Shown here in pieces: positions 52,251 to 64,000 of a stretch of DNA of 64,000 bases. The position numbers and the translations under genes were made by a program. The notes beneath the pieces are model-generated. The model saw nothing but the letters and a program-made list of their open reading frames with translations. It did no database searches and was not told where the DNA came from. The stretch covers positions 71,052,001 through 71,116,000 of the forward strand of contig NC_086383.1 of assembly GCF_036588685.1 (NCBI RefSeq), given 5' to 3'. This DNA comes from Mytilus trossulus. Lineage: Eukaryota. Position 1 is the first letter of the stretch. Each line of letters starts with the position of its first letter.

Positions 52251-55197
52251 ACTGTTCCAGACTTCAGTCTGCAGAGGCTATTCAGCCACCAAAAGCCCTT
52301 TTAAGGGCTACCCAATTTATTCAAAAAGAATCTACAATTGTTGTACATTAGTTATCAAACTAAATCTAGCTGAGCCCTACTTTCTCTGAACTTTGCACTG
52401 GTCTCTGAAATATTTTTTTGGTCAAATTATTTCCATTGTTTGTTTTATTTCACTCCTTATGACTATACTATTTCTAACACCTAAATATGCAGCTGTTGTT
52501 TTGGATATTTTTTGTGTAGTTAGGCACCATTAAAGTTATATCAGTGTATTTTCACGCACTTGTTAGAACTGAATAAAACTTTTTCTAATCAGTTTTCGTT
52601 AGAATGACAATCTACGAATAGGAAGTCATGCTAGGGTTTTATTGTGCTCTTTTTTTAGGGGGAAGGGGGTCAAAATCACACAGCTAACCTTCAACCGAAA
52701 AATCATTTTTGTCATTATATGAGTTTTTCCATTTCTCTCTTCTTCTTCGTGTTCAACTTGACTGACATTTTTAGTTGGACTTTTTCTACACGTATGCAAA
52801 GTCAAAGGTTGGCTCACTATTTCATATCAACTAGTCAATGGGGAGGTAACTCTGAAATTAAACTCAGTACTTTTTTTCAGTACTATATAAATAAACTGTT
52901 AAAATGTACACAATACAAAAGATGTATAACGTATCGTCAAAATCAGATTAGTAGCAAATGAATGCAGTGACGTTTGTCTGTTATATATTTATTTTTTTAT
53001 TTATTATTTGTCAAAATTACTACAATAATATTGTGTATTAAAATTTAGAAGGAAACTCTAAAGTACGGAGGTTTTTGTTCAACATTTAACAGTTCTGCAA
53101 TTATTTTGTCATTTTATTACCTGCGATTTATTATGCAAATTTCACTATTCTCTACCTTTCGAATTTCACCTTTGTTTTACTCGTGTATAAAATAAATGCA
53201 CCTACTTGTTTCTATGTTTCTTTCAAATGGTTGTCCTGTGATTTTTCTCTTCTTTTTTCTCTCTGTTATTTAGTGTGTGACGACTTGACTGTATCTTTGC
53301 TATGTCTTTTTAATCTGTCGACAGCACGCGAGGTGAATCAACCCGAAACAATACAGTGACGTCACATGTGACTACTGTGATGAACAAAAACAAGGATGGA
53401 TGGACGGACAGTGGTACAAAAGTAAGAAAAAGTTATTTCTCTGATAACAGGTATCGCGTGAATTGTAGGTTCACGGTATAGGTTTTTTTCTCTCATTTTT
53501 GAAGATCATCTATACAGTTGTCTATAATTGCTTACATCCACTTCATTTGAACTATGGTGGATAGTTGTCTCATTGGCAATCATACCACATCTCCTTCCTT
53601 ATTTTCATATTGAAATGACAGCACCTTAACGACACACACAAACATAGCCTACTAGTATATACGTACATGGGAGACTGAGAAAATCTGTGCTTATTGGAAA
53701 ATGATAAAAAAAAAAAAAATCTTTAAGGTATGCTATGACTAAGCTTAAAATATAAGGTAGATAGGGAGTAGGAAGCACACATATTCTTTTTTTTATTTGG
53801 CCTTAATGAAGAAGAAAACCACACACACAGCATATTACATCTTGTACTAACATCCATTAAACGCTATGCTAATATGTCTTCAAAAGAGAACCCTATTATA
53901 TATCCCCCCTTTTTTCTCCGGATTTTGTTTTTTTGGAAAAAGGGGGAGGGGCTGGCGGTTTAGTTCAATACAGTGGGAAAATGTTTTGCCCAAAGTCCAA
54001 TGGTTCACACTGATGTGTTTTTGTCCTTCCGTCTCTTTTTAATCGTCCGTGTCACGGGATGCTGCTTCACCCGTTACCGGTTCTGGGTTCACTTGCATAG
54101 CTTATATAGGTATAATGCATATGTATAGCTAGAGTCTTCACTGTGACACACATTCCCCTTTTTGAGGGGAAATAAATGAACTTTTGTAATTGTCCATTAA
54201 GATACAAATGATATGTACCACTTTCGAATTATAAAACTACAAAAATCTTCGTGTTTTGTTTTTGTTTTTGTTTGTATCGAAACTTTCAGGCGGCCAGGCC
54301 ACTTTGAGCTCTGATCATCGGTTATTGATAATAAATTAATTAAATATATTTTGTTGAAAAATATGGTATATTCTATAAGACATATTCGAGTTTTTGACTT
54401 GAAAGTGCGCAAATTGTACATGAAAATGGAAATAAAAGCGAATGTGCATCATACAGAACAGTTGTTCAGTGCCTGAGATCCACTGAAAACAAAGTCGCTC
54501 TCTGAAAAGTTCCCAACGCTAAATTAAATAAAAAGATGTTTCAAATTCGTATTCTAGATATTGGGTTTGTTCATTCGAATCTTGAATGTTTGCGAAATTT
54601 CGCTCGGGTTGAATAAAAATGTTATTTGAAGTTTTAGTAAAAATCTGCAATTAAACAATGGCGCGTGAACTTTTTGTGTGTTTCCCTCTAGCTGGAAACA
54701 AACTTATTACGAGGAGGAACATGCTTCCAGTGAATAAAAACGGAAAGAAACCTAGAGAGAAATGATTTTTCTTCCGCTGTACAATTTTACGACGATAGAA
54801 TATTTGTGTAATGAGAAAAACTCGTAAATTTTCTGTCAACATACCTGCGAAGACAATTCAGTCGGTTCTACTTTAACTATTAATATCTTTTTACTGTGTA
54901 CATCGAAAAATACACAGTTTATCTAACATGCAAGATTAATGACTGTTGAGCAATTTGGTATGCTATATGTGAATGTTTTTGATAGAATTATACTATAAAT
55001 TATCATAAAAGTCTTCGAAGAAGCACATAATCATTTTACCGAGATCGCGTAATGGATTTTACAAGTTATTTTTAAGGGTGTCTTCGTCGAGGTCCGCGTT
55101 CGTCTGTTATAAATAAACGAGGCCTGGAATGGCGTTATTTTCAAATCGTTATTCGTAGTATAAACTTCGTAAAGGATAATATTTTGAATCATTCAAA

Positions 55198-55769
55198 ATG
55201 GCAGACGCAACAGCAGCACCAGCAGTAGCACCAGCTAAATCACCAAAGAAAAAGGCAGCAGCCAAGCCAAAGAAGCCTTCCGCACATCCTAAATACAGCG
55301 AGATGATTGGAAAAGCCATCGCCGCTTTGAAAGAACGTGGAGGTTCCTCAAGGCAAGCAATTCTGAAGTACATCATGGCCAACTTCAACGTCGGAAAAGA
55401 TGCCAAGTCAGTAAATGCTCATTTAAAACTTGCACTCAGAGCCGGAGTTAAGAACAACAGTTTGAAGCAGTCCAAGGGAACTGGAGCATCCGGCTCTTTC
55501 AGAATTGGAGAGGCTAAAGTGGTTAAAAAGAAGCCAGCAAAGGCAAAAAAGCAGCCAAACCTAAGGCCGCCAAGCCTAAGAAGGCAAAGACCACACCCAA
55601 GAAAAAGAAGCCAGCAGCAAAGAAACCAGCTGGAGAGAAAAAGGCGGCCAAACCAAAAGCAAAAAAACCAGCAGCAAAGAAAGCAGCCAAGCCAAAGAAG
55701 CCAGCAGCCAAGTCACCAGCCAAAAAGAAGGCAGCCAAACCAAAAGCCAAGAAGACACCAAAGAAGAAG
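55198..55769 (+). pseudogene. H1: Histone H1 copy with 1-bp deletion frameshift, cut by the gap just before the stop codon (probably a consensus error rather than a true pseudogene)
   Basis: A6 at 55545-55550 where all other copies have A7 (aaggcaaaaaaagcagcc); the sequence ends at Ns from 55770. Confidence 0.6.
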
Positions 55770-55869
55770 NNNNNNNNNNNNNNNNNNNNNNNNNNNNNNN
55801 NNNNNNNNNNNNNNNNNNNNNNNNNNNNNNNNNNNNNNNNNNNNNNNNNNNNNNNNNNNNNNNNNNNNN
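55770..55869. other. Assembly gap (100 N)
   Basis: Run of 100 Ns; unit phase jumps (ATG-to-ATG 1315 bp). Confidence 0.99.
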
Positions 55870-56512
55870 TAGATATTGGGTTTGTTCATTCGAATCTTGA
55901 ATGTTTGCGAAATTTCGCTCGGGTTGAATAAAAATGTTATTTGAAGTTTTAGTAAAAATCTGCAATTAAACAATGGCGCGTGAACTTTTTGTGTGTTTCC
56001 CTCTAGCTGGAAACAAACTTATTACGAGGAGGAACATGCTTCCAGTGAATAAAAACGGAAAGAAACCTAGAGAGAAATGATTTTTCTTCCGCTGTACAAT
56101 TTTACGACGATAGAATATTTGTGTAATGAGAAAAACTCGTAAATTTTCTGTCAACATACCTGCGAAGACAATTCAGTCGGTTCTACTTTAACTATTAATA
56201 TCTTTTTACTGTGTACATCGAAAAATACACAGTTTATCTAACATGCAAGATTAATGACTGTTGAGCAATTTGGTATGCTATATGTGAATGTTTTTGATAG
56301 AATTATACTATAAATTATCATAAAAGTCTTCGAAGAAGCACATAATCATTTTACCGAGATCGCGTAATGGATTTTACAAGTTATTTTTAAGGGTGTCTTC
56401 GTCGAGGTCCGCGTTCGTCTGTTATAAATAAACGAGGCCTGGAATGGCGTTATTTTCAAATCGTTATTCGTAGTATAAACTTCGTAAAGGATAATATTTT
56501 GAATCATTCAAA

Positions 56513-57088
56513 ATGGCAGACGCAACAGCAGCACCAGCAGTAGCACCAGCTAAATCACCAAAGAAAAAGGCAGCAGCCAAGCCAAAGAAGCCTTCCGCAC
56601 ATCCTAAATACAGCGAGATGATTGGAAAAGCCATCGCCGCTTTGAAAGAACGTGGAGGTTCCTCAAGGCAAGCAATTCTGAAGTACATCATGGCCAACTT
56701 CAACGTCGGAAAAGATGCCAAGTCAGTAAATGCTCATTTAAAACTTGCACTCAGAGCCGGAGTTAAGAACAACAGTTTGAAGCAGTCCAAGGGAACTGGA
56801 GCATCCGGCTCTTTCAGAATTGGAGAGGCTAAAGTGGTTAAAAAGAAGCCAGCAAAGGCAAAAAAAGCAGCCAAACCTAAGGCCGCCAAGCCTAAGAAGG
56901 CAAAGACCACACCCAAGAAAAAGAAGCCAGCAGCAAAGAAACCAGCTGGAGAGAAAAAGGCGGCCAAACCAAAAGCAAAAAAACCAGCAGCAAAGAAAGC
57001 AGCCAAGCCAAAGAAGCCAGCAGCCAAGTCACCAGCCAAAAAGAAGGCAGCCAAACCAAAAGCCAAGAAGACACCAAAGAAGAAGTAA
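56513..57088 (+). CDS. H1: Linker histone H1 (191 aa)
   Basis: Identical translation. Confidence 0.98.
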   Translation: MADATAAPAVAPAKSPKKKAAAKPKKPSAHPKYSEMIGKAIAALKERGGSSRQAILKYIMANFNVGKDAKSVNAHLKLALRAGVKNNSLKQSKGTGASGSFRIGEAKVVKKKPAKAKKAAKPKAAKPKKAKTTPKKKKPAAKKPAGEKKAAKPKAKKPAAKKAAKPKKPAAKSPAKKKAAKPKAKKTPKKK

Positions 57089-60038
57089 ACTGTTCCAGAC
57101 TTCAGTCTGCAGAGGCTATTCAGCCACCAAAAGCCCTTTTAAGGGCTACCCAATTTATTCAAAAAGAATCTACAATTGTTGTACATTAGTTATCAAACTA
57201 AATCTAGCTGAGCCCTACTTTCTCTGAACTTTGCACTGGTCTCTGAAATATTTTTTTGGTCAAATTATTTCCATTGTTTGTTTTATTTCACTCCTTATGA
57301 CTATACTATTTCTAACACCTAAATATGCAGCTGTTGTTTTGGATATTTTTTGTGTAGTTAGGCACCATTAAAGTTATATCAGTGTATTTTCACGCACTTG
57401 TTAGAACTGAATAAAACTTTTTCTAATCAGTTTTCGTTAGAATGACAATCTACGAAAATAGGAAGTCATGCTAGGGTTTTATTGTGCTCTTTTTTTAGGG
57501 GGAAGGGGGTCAAAATCACACAGCTAACCTTCAACCGAAAAATCATTTTTGTCATTATATGAGTTTTTCCATTTCTCTCTTCTTCTTCGTGTTCAACTTG
57601 ACTGACATTTTTAGTTGGACTTTTTCTACACGTATGCAAAGTCAAAGGTTGGCTCACTATTTCATATCAACTAGTCAATGGGGAGGTAACTCTGAAATTA
57701 AACTCAGTACTTTTTTTCAGTACTATATAAATAAACTGTTAAAATGTACACAATACAAAAGATGTATAACGTATCGTCAAAATCAGATTAGTAGCAAATG
57801 AATGCAGTGACGTTTGTCTGTTATATATTTATTTTTTTATTTATTATTTGTCAAAATTACTACAATAATATTGTGTATTAAAATTTAGAAGGAAACTCTA
57901 AAGTACGGAGGTTTTTGTTCAACATTTAACAGTTCTGCAATTATTTTGTCATTTTATTACCTGCGATTTATTATGCAAATTTCACTATTCTCTACCTTTC
58001 GAATTTCACCTTTGTTTTACTCGTGTATAAAATAAATGCACCTACTTGTTTCTATGTTTCTTTCAAATGGTTGTCCTGTGATTTTTCTCTTCTTTTTTCT
58101 CTCTGTTATTTAGTGTGTGACGACTTGACTGTATCTTTGCTATGTCTTTTTAATCTGTCGACAGCACGCGAGGTGAATCAACCCGAAACAATACAGTGAC
58201 GTCACATGTGACTACTGTGATGAACAAAAACAAGGATGGATGGACGGACAGTGGTACAAAAGTAAGAAAAAGTTATTTCTCTGATAACAGGTATCGCGTG
58301 AATTGTAGGTTCACGGTATAGGTTTTTTTCTCTCATTTTTGAAGATCATCTATACAGTTGTCTATAATTGCTTACATCCACTTCATTTGAACTATGGTGG
58401 ATAGTTGTCTCATTGGCAATCATACCACATCTCCTTCCTTATTTTCATATTGAAATGACAGCACCTTAACGACACACACAAACATAGCCTACTAGTATAT
58501 ACGTACATGGGAGACTGAGAAAATCTGTGCTTATTGGAAAATGATAAAAAAAAAAAAAATCTTTAAGGTATGCTATGACTAAGCTTAAAATATAAGGTAG
58601 ATAGGGAGTAGGAAGCACACATATTCTTTTTTTTATTTGGCCTTAATGAAGAAGAAAACCACACACACAGCATATTACATCTTGTACTAACATCCATTAA
58701 ACGCTATGCTAATATGTCTTCAAAAGAGAACCCTATTATATATCCCCCCTTTTTTCTCCGGATTTTGTTTTTTTGGAAAAAGGGGGAGGGGCTGGCGGTT
58801 TAGTTCAATACAGTGGGAAAATGTTTTGCCCAAAGTCCAATGGTTCACACTGATGTGTTTTTGTCCTTCCGTCTCTTTTTAATCGTCCGTGTCACGGGAT
58901 GCTGCTTCACCCGTTACCGGTTCTGGGTTCACTTGCATAGCTTATATAGGTATAATGCATATGTATAGCTAGAGTCTTCACTGTGACACACATTCCCCTT
59001 TTTGAGGGGAAATAAATGAACTTTTGTAATTGTCCATTAAGATACAAATGATATGTACCACTTTCGAATTATAAAACTACAAAAATCTTCGTGTTTTGTT
59101 TTTGTTTTTGTTTGTATCGAAACTTTCAGGCGGCCAGGCCACTTTGAGCTCTGATCATCGGTTATTGATAATAAAATTAATTAAATATATTTTGTTGAAA
59201 AATATGGTATATTCTATAAGACATATTCGAGTTTTTGACTTGAAAGTGCGCAAATTGTACATGAAAATGGAAATAAAAGCGAATGTGCATCATACAGAAC
59301 AGTTGTTCAGTGCCTGAGATCCACTGAAAACAAAGTCGCTCTCTGAAAAGTTCCCAACGCTAAATTAAATAAAAAGATGTTTCAAATTCGTATTCTAGAT
59401 ATTGGGTTTGTTCATTCGAATCTTGAATGTTTGCGAAATTTCGCTCGGGTTGAATAAAAATGTTATTTGAAGTTTTAGTAAAAATCTGCAATTAAACAAT
59501 GGCGCGTGAACTTTTTGTGTGTTTCCCTCTAGCTGGAAACAAACTTATTACGAGGAGGAACATGCTTCCAGTGAATAAAAACGGAAAGAAACCTAGAGAG
59601 AAATGATTTTTCTTCCGCTGTACAATTTTACGACGATAGAATATTTGTGTAATGAGAAAAACTCGTAAATTTTCTGTCAACATACCTGCGAAGACAATTC
59701 AGTCGGTTCTACTTTAACTATTAATATCTTTTTACTGTGTACATCGAAAAATACACAGTTTATCTAACATGCAAGATTAATGACTGTTGAGCAATTTGGT
59801 ATGCTATATGTGAATGTTTTTGATAGAATTATACTATAAATTATCATAAAAGTCTTCGAAGAAGCACATAATCATTTTACCGAGATCGCGTAATGGATTT
59901 TACAAGTTATTTTTAAGGGTGTCTTCGTCGAGGTCCGCGTTCGTCTGTTATAAATAAACGAGGCCTGGAATGGCGTTATTTTCAAATCGTTATTCGTAGT
60001 ATAAACTTCGTAAAGGATAATATTTTGAATCATTCAAA

Positions 60039-60614
60039 ATGGCAGACGCAACAGCAGCACCAGCAGTAGCACCAGCTAAATCACCAAAGAAAAAGGCAGC
60101 AGCCAAGCCAAAGAAGCCTTCCGCACATCCTAAATACAGCGAGATGATTGGAAAAGCCATCGCCGCTTTGAAAGAACGTGGAGGTTCCTCAAGGCAAGCA
60201 ATTCTGAAGTACATCATGGCCAACTTCAACGTCGGAAAAGATGCCAAGTCAGTAAATGCTCATTTAAAACTTGCACTCAGAGCCGGAGTTAAGAACAACA
60301 GTTTGAAGCAGTCCAAGGGAACTGGAGCATCCGGCTCTTTCAGAATTGGAGAGGCTAAAGTGGTTAAAAAGAAGCCAGCAAAGGCAAAAAAAGCAGCCAA
60401 ACCTAAGGCCGCCAAGCCTAAGAAGGCAAAGACCACACCCAAGAAAAAGAAGCCAGCAGCAAAGAAACCAGCTGGAGAGAAAAAGGCGGCCAAACCAAAA
60501 GCAAAAAAACCAGCAGCAAAGAAAGCAGCCAAGCCAAAGAAGCCAGCAGCCAAGTCACCAGCCAAAAAGAAGGCAGCCAAACCAAAAGCCAAGAAGACAC
60601 CAAAGAAGAAGTAA
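60039..60614 (+). CDS. H1: Linker histone H1 (191 aa)
   Basis: Identical translation. Confidence 0.98.
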   Translation: MADATAAPAVAPAKSPKKKAAAKPKKPSAHPKYSEMIGKAIAALKERGGSSRQAILKYIMANFNVGKDAKSVNAHLKLALRAGVKNNSLKQSKGTGASGSFRIGEAKVVKKKPAKAKKAAKPKAAKPKKAKTTPKKKKPAAKKPAGEKKAAKPKAKKPAAKKAAKPKKPAAKSPAKKKAAKPKAKKTPKKK

Positions 60615-63564
60615 ACTGTTCCAGACTTCAGTCTGCAGAGGCTATTCAGCCACCAAAAGCCCTTTTAAGGGCTACCCAATTTATTCAAAAAGAATCTACA
60701 ATTGTTGTACATTAGTTATCAAACTAAATCTAGCTGAGCCCTACTTTCTCTGAACTTTGCACTGGTCTCTGAAATATTTTTTTGGTCAAATTATTTCCAT
60801 TGTTTGTTTTATTTCACTCCTTATGACTATACTATTTCTAACACCTAAATATGCAGCTGTTGTTTTGGATATTTTTTGTGTAGTTAGGCACCATTAAAGT
60901 TATATCAGTGTATTTTCACGCACTTGTTAGAACTGAATAAAACTTTTTCTAATCAGTTTTCGTTAGAATGACAATCTACGAAAATAGGAAGTCATGCTAG
61001 GGTTTTATTGTGCTCTTTTTTTAGGGGGAAGGGGGTCAAAATCACACAGCTAACCTTCAACCGAAAAATCATTTTTGTCATTATATGAGTTTTTCCATTT
61101 CTCTCTTCTTCTTCGTGTTCAACTTGACTGACATTTTTAGTTGGACTTTTTCTACACGTATGCAAAGTCAAAGGTTGGCTCACTATTTCATATCAACTAG
61201 TCAATGGGGAGGTAACTCTGAAATTAAACTCAGTACTTTTTTTCAGTACTATATAAATAAACTGTTAAAATGTACACAATACAAAAGATGTATAACGTAT
61301 CGTCAAAATCAGATTAGTAGCAAATGAATGCAGTGACGTTTGTCTGTTATATATTTATTTTTTTATTTATTATTTGTCAAAATTACTACAATAATATTGT
61401 GTATTAAAATTTAGAAGGAAACTCTAAAGTACGGAGGTTTTTGTTCAACATTTAACAGTTCTGCAATTATTTTGTCATTTTATTACCTGCGATTTATTAT
61501 GCAAATTTCACTATTCTCTACCTTTCGAATTTCACCTTTGTTTTACTCGTGTATAAAATAAATGCACCTACTTGTTTCTATGTTTCTTTCAAATGGTTGT
61601 CCTGTGATTTTTCTCTTCTTTTTTCTCTCTGTTATTTAGTGTGTGACGACTTGACTGTATCTTTGCTATGTCTTTTTAATCTGTCGACAGCACGCGAGGT
61701 GAATCAACCCGAAACAATACAGTGACGTCACATGTGACTACTGTGATGAACAAAAACAAGGATGGATGGACGGACAGTGGTACAAAAGTAAGAAAAAGTT
61801 ATTTCTCTGATAACAGGTATCGCGTGAATTGTAGGTTCACGGTATAGGTTTTTTTCTCTCATTTTTGAAGATCATCTATACAGTTGTCTATAATTGCTTA
61901 CATCCACTTCATTTGAACTATGGTGGATAGTTGTCTCATTGGCAATCATACCACATCTCCTTCCTTATTTTCATATTGAAATGACAGCACCTTAACGACA
62001 CACACAAACATAGCCTACTAGTATATACGTACATGGGAGACTGAGAAAATCTGTGCTTATTGGAAAATGATAAAAAAAAAAAAAATCTTTAAGGTATGCT
62101 ATGACTAAGCTTAAAATATAAGGTAGATAGGGAGTAGGAAGCACACATATTCTTTTTTTTATTTGGCCTTAATGAAGAAGAAAACCACACACACAGCATA
62201 TTACATCTTGTACTAACATCCATTAAACGCTATGCTAATATGTCTTCAAAAGAGAACCCTATTATATATCCCCCCTTTTTTCTCCGGATTTTGTTTTTTT
62301 GGAAAAAGGGGGAGGGGCTGGCGGTTTAGTTCAATACAGTGGGAAAATGTTTTGCCCAAAGTCCAATGGTTCACACTGATGTGTTTTTGTCCTTCCGTCT
62401 CTTTTTAATCGTCCGTGTCACGGGATGCTGCTTCACCCGTTACCGGTTCTGGGTTCACTTGCATAGCTTATATAGGTATAATGCATATGTATAGCTAGAG
62501 TCTTCACTGTGACACACATTCCCCTTTTTGAGGGGAAATAAATGAACTTTTGTAATTGTCCATTAAGATACAAATGATATGTACCACTTTCGAATTATAA
62601 AACTACAAAAATCTTCGTGTTTTGTTTTTGTTTTTGTTTGTATCGAAACTTTCAGGCGGCCAGGCCACTTTGAGCTCTGATCATCGGTTATTGATAATAA
62701 AATTAATTAAATATATTTTGTTGAAAAATATGGTATATTCTATAAGACATATTCGAGTTTTTGACTTGAAAGTGCGCAAATTGTACATGAAAATGGAAAT
62801 AAAAGCGAATGTGCATCATACAGAACAGTTGTTCAGTGCCTGAGATCCACTGAAAACAAAGTCGCTCTCTGAAAAGTTCCCAACGCTAAATTAAATAAAA
62901 AGATGTTTCAAATTCGTATTCTAGATATTGGGTTTGTTCATTCGAATCTTGAATGTTTGCGAAATTTCGCTCGGGTTGAATAAAAATGTTATTTGAAGTT
63001 TTAGTAAAAATCTGCAATTAAACAATGGCGCGTGAACTTTTTGTGTGTTTCCCTCTAGCTGGAAACAAACTTATTACGAGGAGGAACATGCTTCCAGTGA
63101 ATAAAAACGGAAAGAAACCTAGAGAGAAATGATTTTTCTTCCGCTGTACAATTTTACGACGATAGAATATTTGTGTAATGAGAAAAACTCGTAAATTTTC
63201 TGTCAACATACCTGCGAAGACAATTCAGTCGGTTCTACTTTAACTATTAATATCTTTTTACTGTGTACATCGAAAAATACACAGTTTATCTAACATGCAA
63301 GATTAATGACTGTTGAGCAATTTGGTATGCTATATGTGAATGTTTTTGATAGAATTATACTATAAATTATCATAAAAGTCTTCGAAGAAGCACATAATCA
63401 TTTTACCGAGATCGCGTAATGGATTTTACAAGTTATTTTTAAGGGTGTCTTCGTCGAGGTCCGCGTTCGTCTGTTATAAATAAACGAGGCCTGGAATGGC
63501 GTTATTTTCAAATCGTTATTCGTAGTATAAACTTCGTAAAGGATAATATTTTGAATCATTCAAA

Positions 63565-64000
63565 ATGGCAGACGCAACAGCAGCACCAGCAGTAGCACCA
63601 GCTAAATCACCAAAGAAAAAGGCAGCAGCCAAGCCAAAGAAGCCTTCCGCACATCCTAAATACAGCGAGATGATTGGAAAAGCCATCGCCGCTTTGAAAG
63701 AACGTGGAGGTTCCTCAAGGCAAGCAATTCTGAAGTACATCATGGCCAACTTCAACGTCGGAAAAGATGCCAAGTCAGTAAATGCTCATTTAAAACTTGC
63801 ACTCAGAGCCGGAGTTAAGAACAACAGTTTGAAGCAGTCCAAGGGAACTGGAGCATCCGGCTCTTTCAGAATTGGAGAGGCTAAAGTGGTTAAAAAGAAG
63901 CCAGCAAAGGCAAAAAAAGCAGCCAAACCTAAGGCCGCCAAGCCTAAGAAGGCAAAGACCACACCCAAGAAAAAGAAGCCAGCAGCAAAGAAACCAGCTG
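63565..64000 (+). CDS. H1: Histone H1, partial (runs off window end)
   Basis: ATG at 63565 = 60039+3526; sequence matches the other copies up to the window end. Confidence 0.95.
   Translation, partial: MADATAAPAVAPAKSPKKKAAAKPKKPSAHPKYSEMIGKAIAALKERGGSSRQAILKYIMANFNVGKDAKSVNAHLKLALRAGVKNNSLKQSKGTGASGSFRIGEAKVVKKKPAKAKKAAKPKAAKPKKAKTTPKKKKPAAKKPA

Larger units (their letters stand above)
9956..64000 (+). repeat. Tandem H1-only array, type B units, period ~3526 bp (~15 units), genes on plus strand, interrupted by two gaps
   Basis: H1 ATGs at 12004, 15529, 19055, 22582, 26109 | 30519 to 51675 in exact 3526 steps, 55198 | 56513, 60039, 63565. Confidence 0.97.

Noticed and set aside
55770-56513. 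Apparent short unit (1315-bp spacing) and ORFs containing X runs
   Set aside because: Artefact of the placeholder gap.
1-64000. CRISPR array, tRNA/snRNA genes, autonomous transposon or prokaryotic system
   Set aside because: No short repeat-spacer pattern, no Pol III B-box or cloverleaf, no Sm-site RNA and no transposase or RT ORF seen; the sequence is a eukaryotic histone gene array.

Overview
The whole 64 kb is a tandem array of one ~3.5-kb unit. Each unit carries a single intronless linker histone H1 gene (191 aa) and no core histone or recognisable RNA gene. The protein, the AGCCCTTTTAAGGGCT stem-loop and the spacer repeat fragments point to a mytilid mussel (Mytilus-like 'orphon' H1-only cluster). 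That class of locus is already known, so the array itself is not a new system. There are 16 intact H1 copies, one copy with a homopolymer frameshift next to a gap, and two copies cut by the window edges. Three 100-N scaffold gaps (9856-9955, 28593-28692, 55770-55869) split the array. Left of the first gap the units are on the minus strand and are a distinct 3521-bp variant (type A). Right of it they are on the plus strand and ~3526 bp (type B). A and B differ at about 19 sites by eye, all in the distal spacer. The ~1.55 kb covering ~750 bp of upstream DNA, the CDS and ~235 bp of 3' flank appears identical. Other notable points: three consecutive hairpins in the short 3' UTR, an H4-box promoter, a composite CRE/E-box palindrome, and a spacer that seems built from transposon relics. 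All non-H1 ORFs appear spurious. Regulatory elements are listed once and recur in every complete unit.
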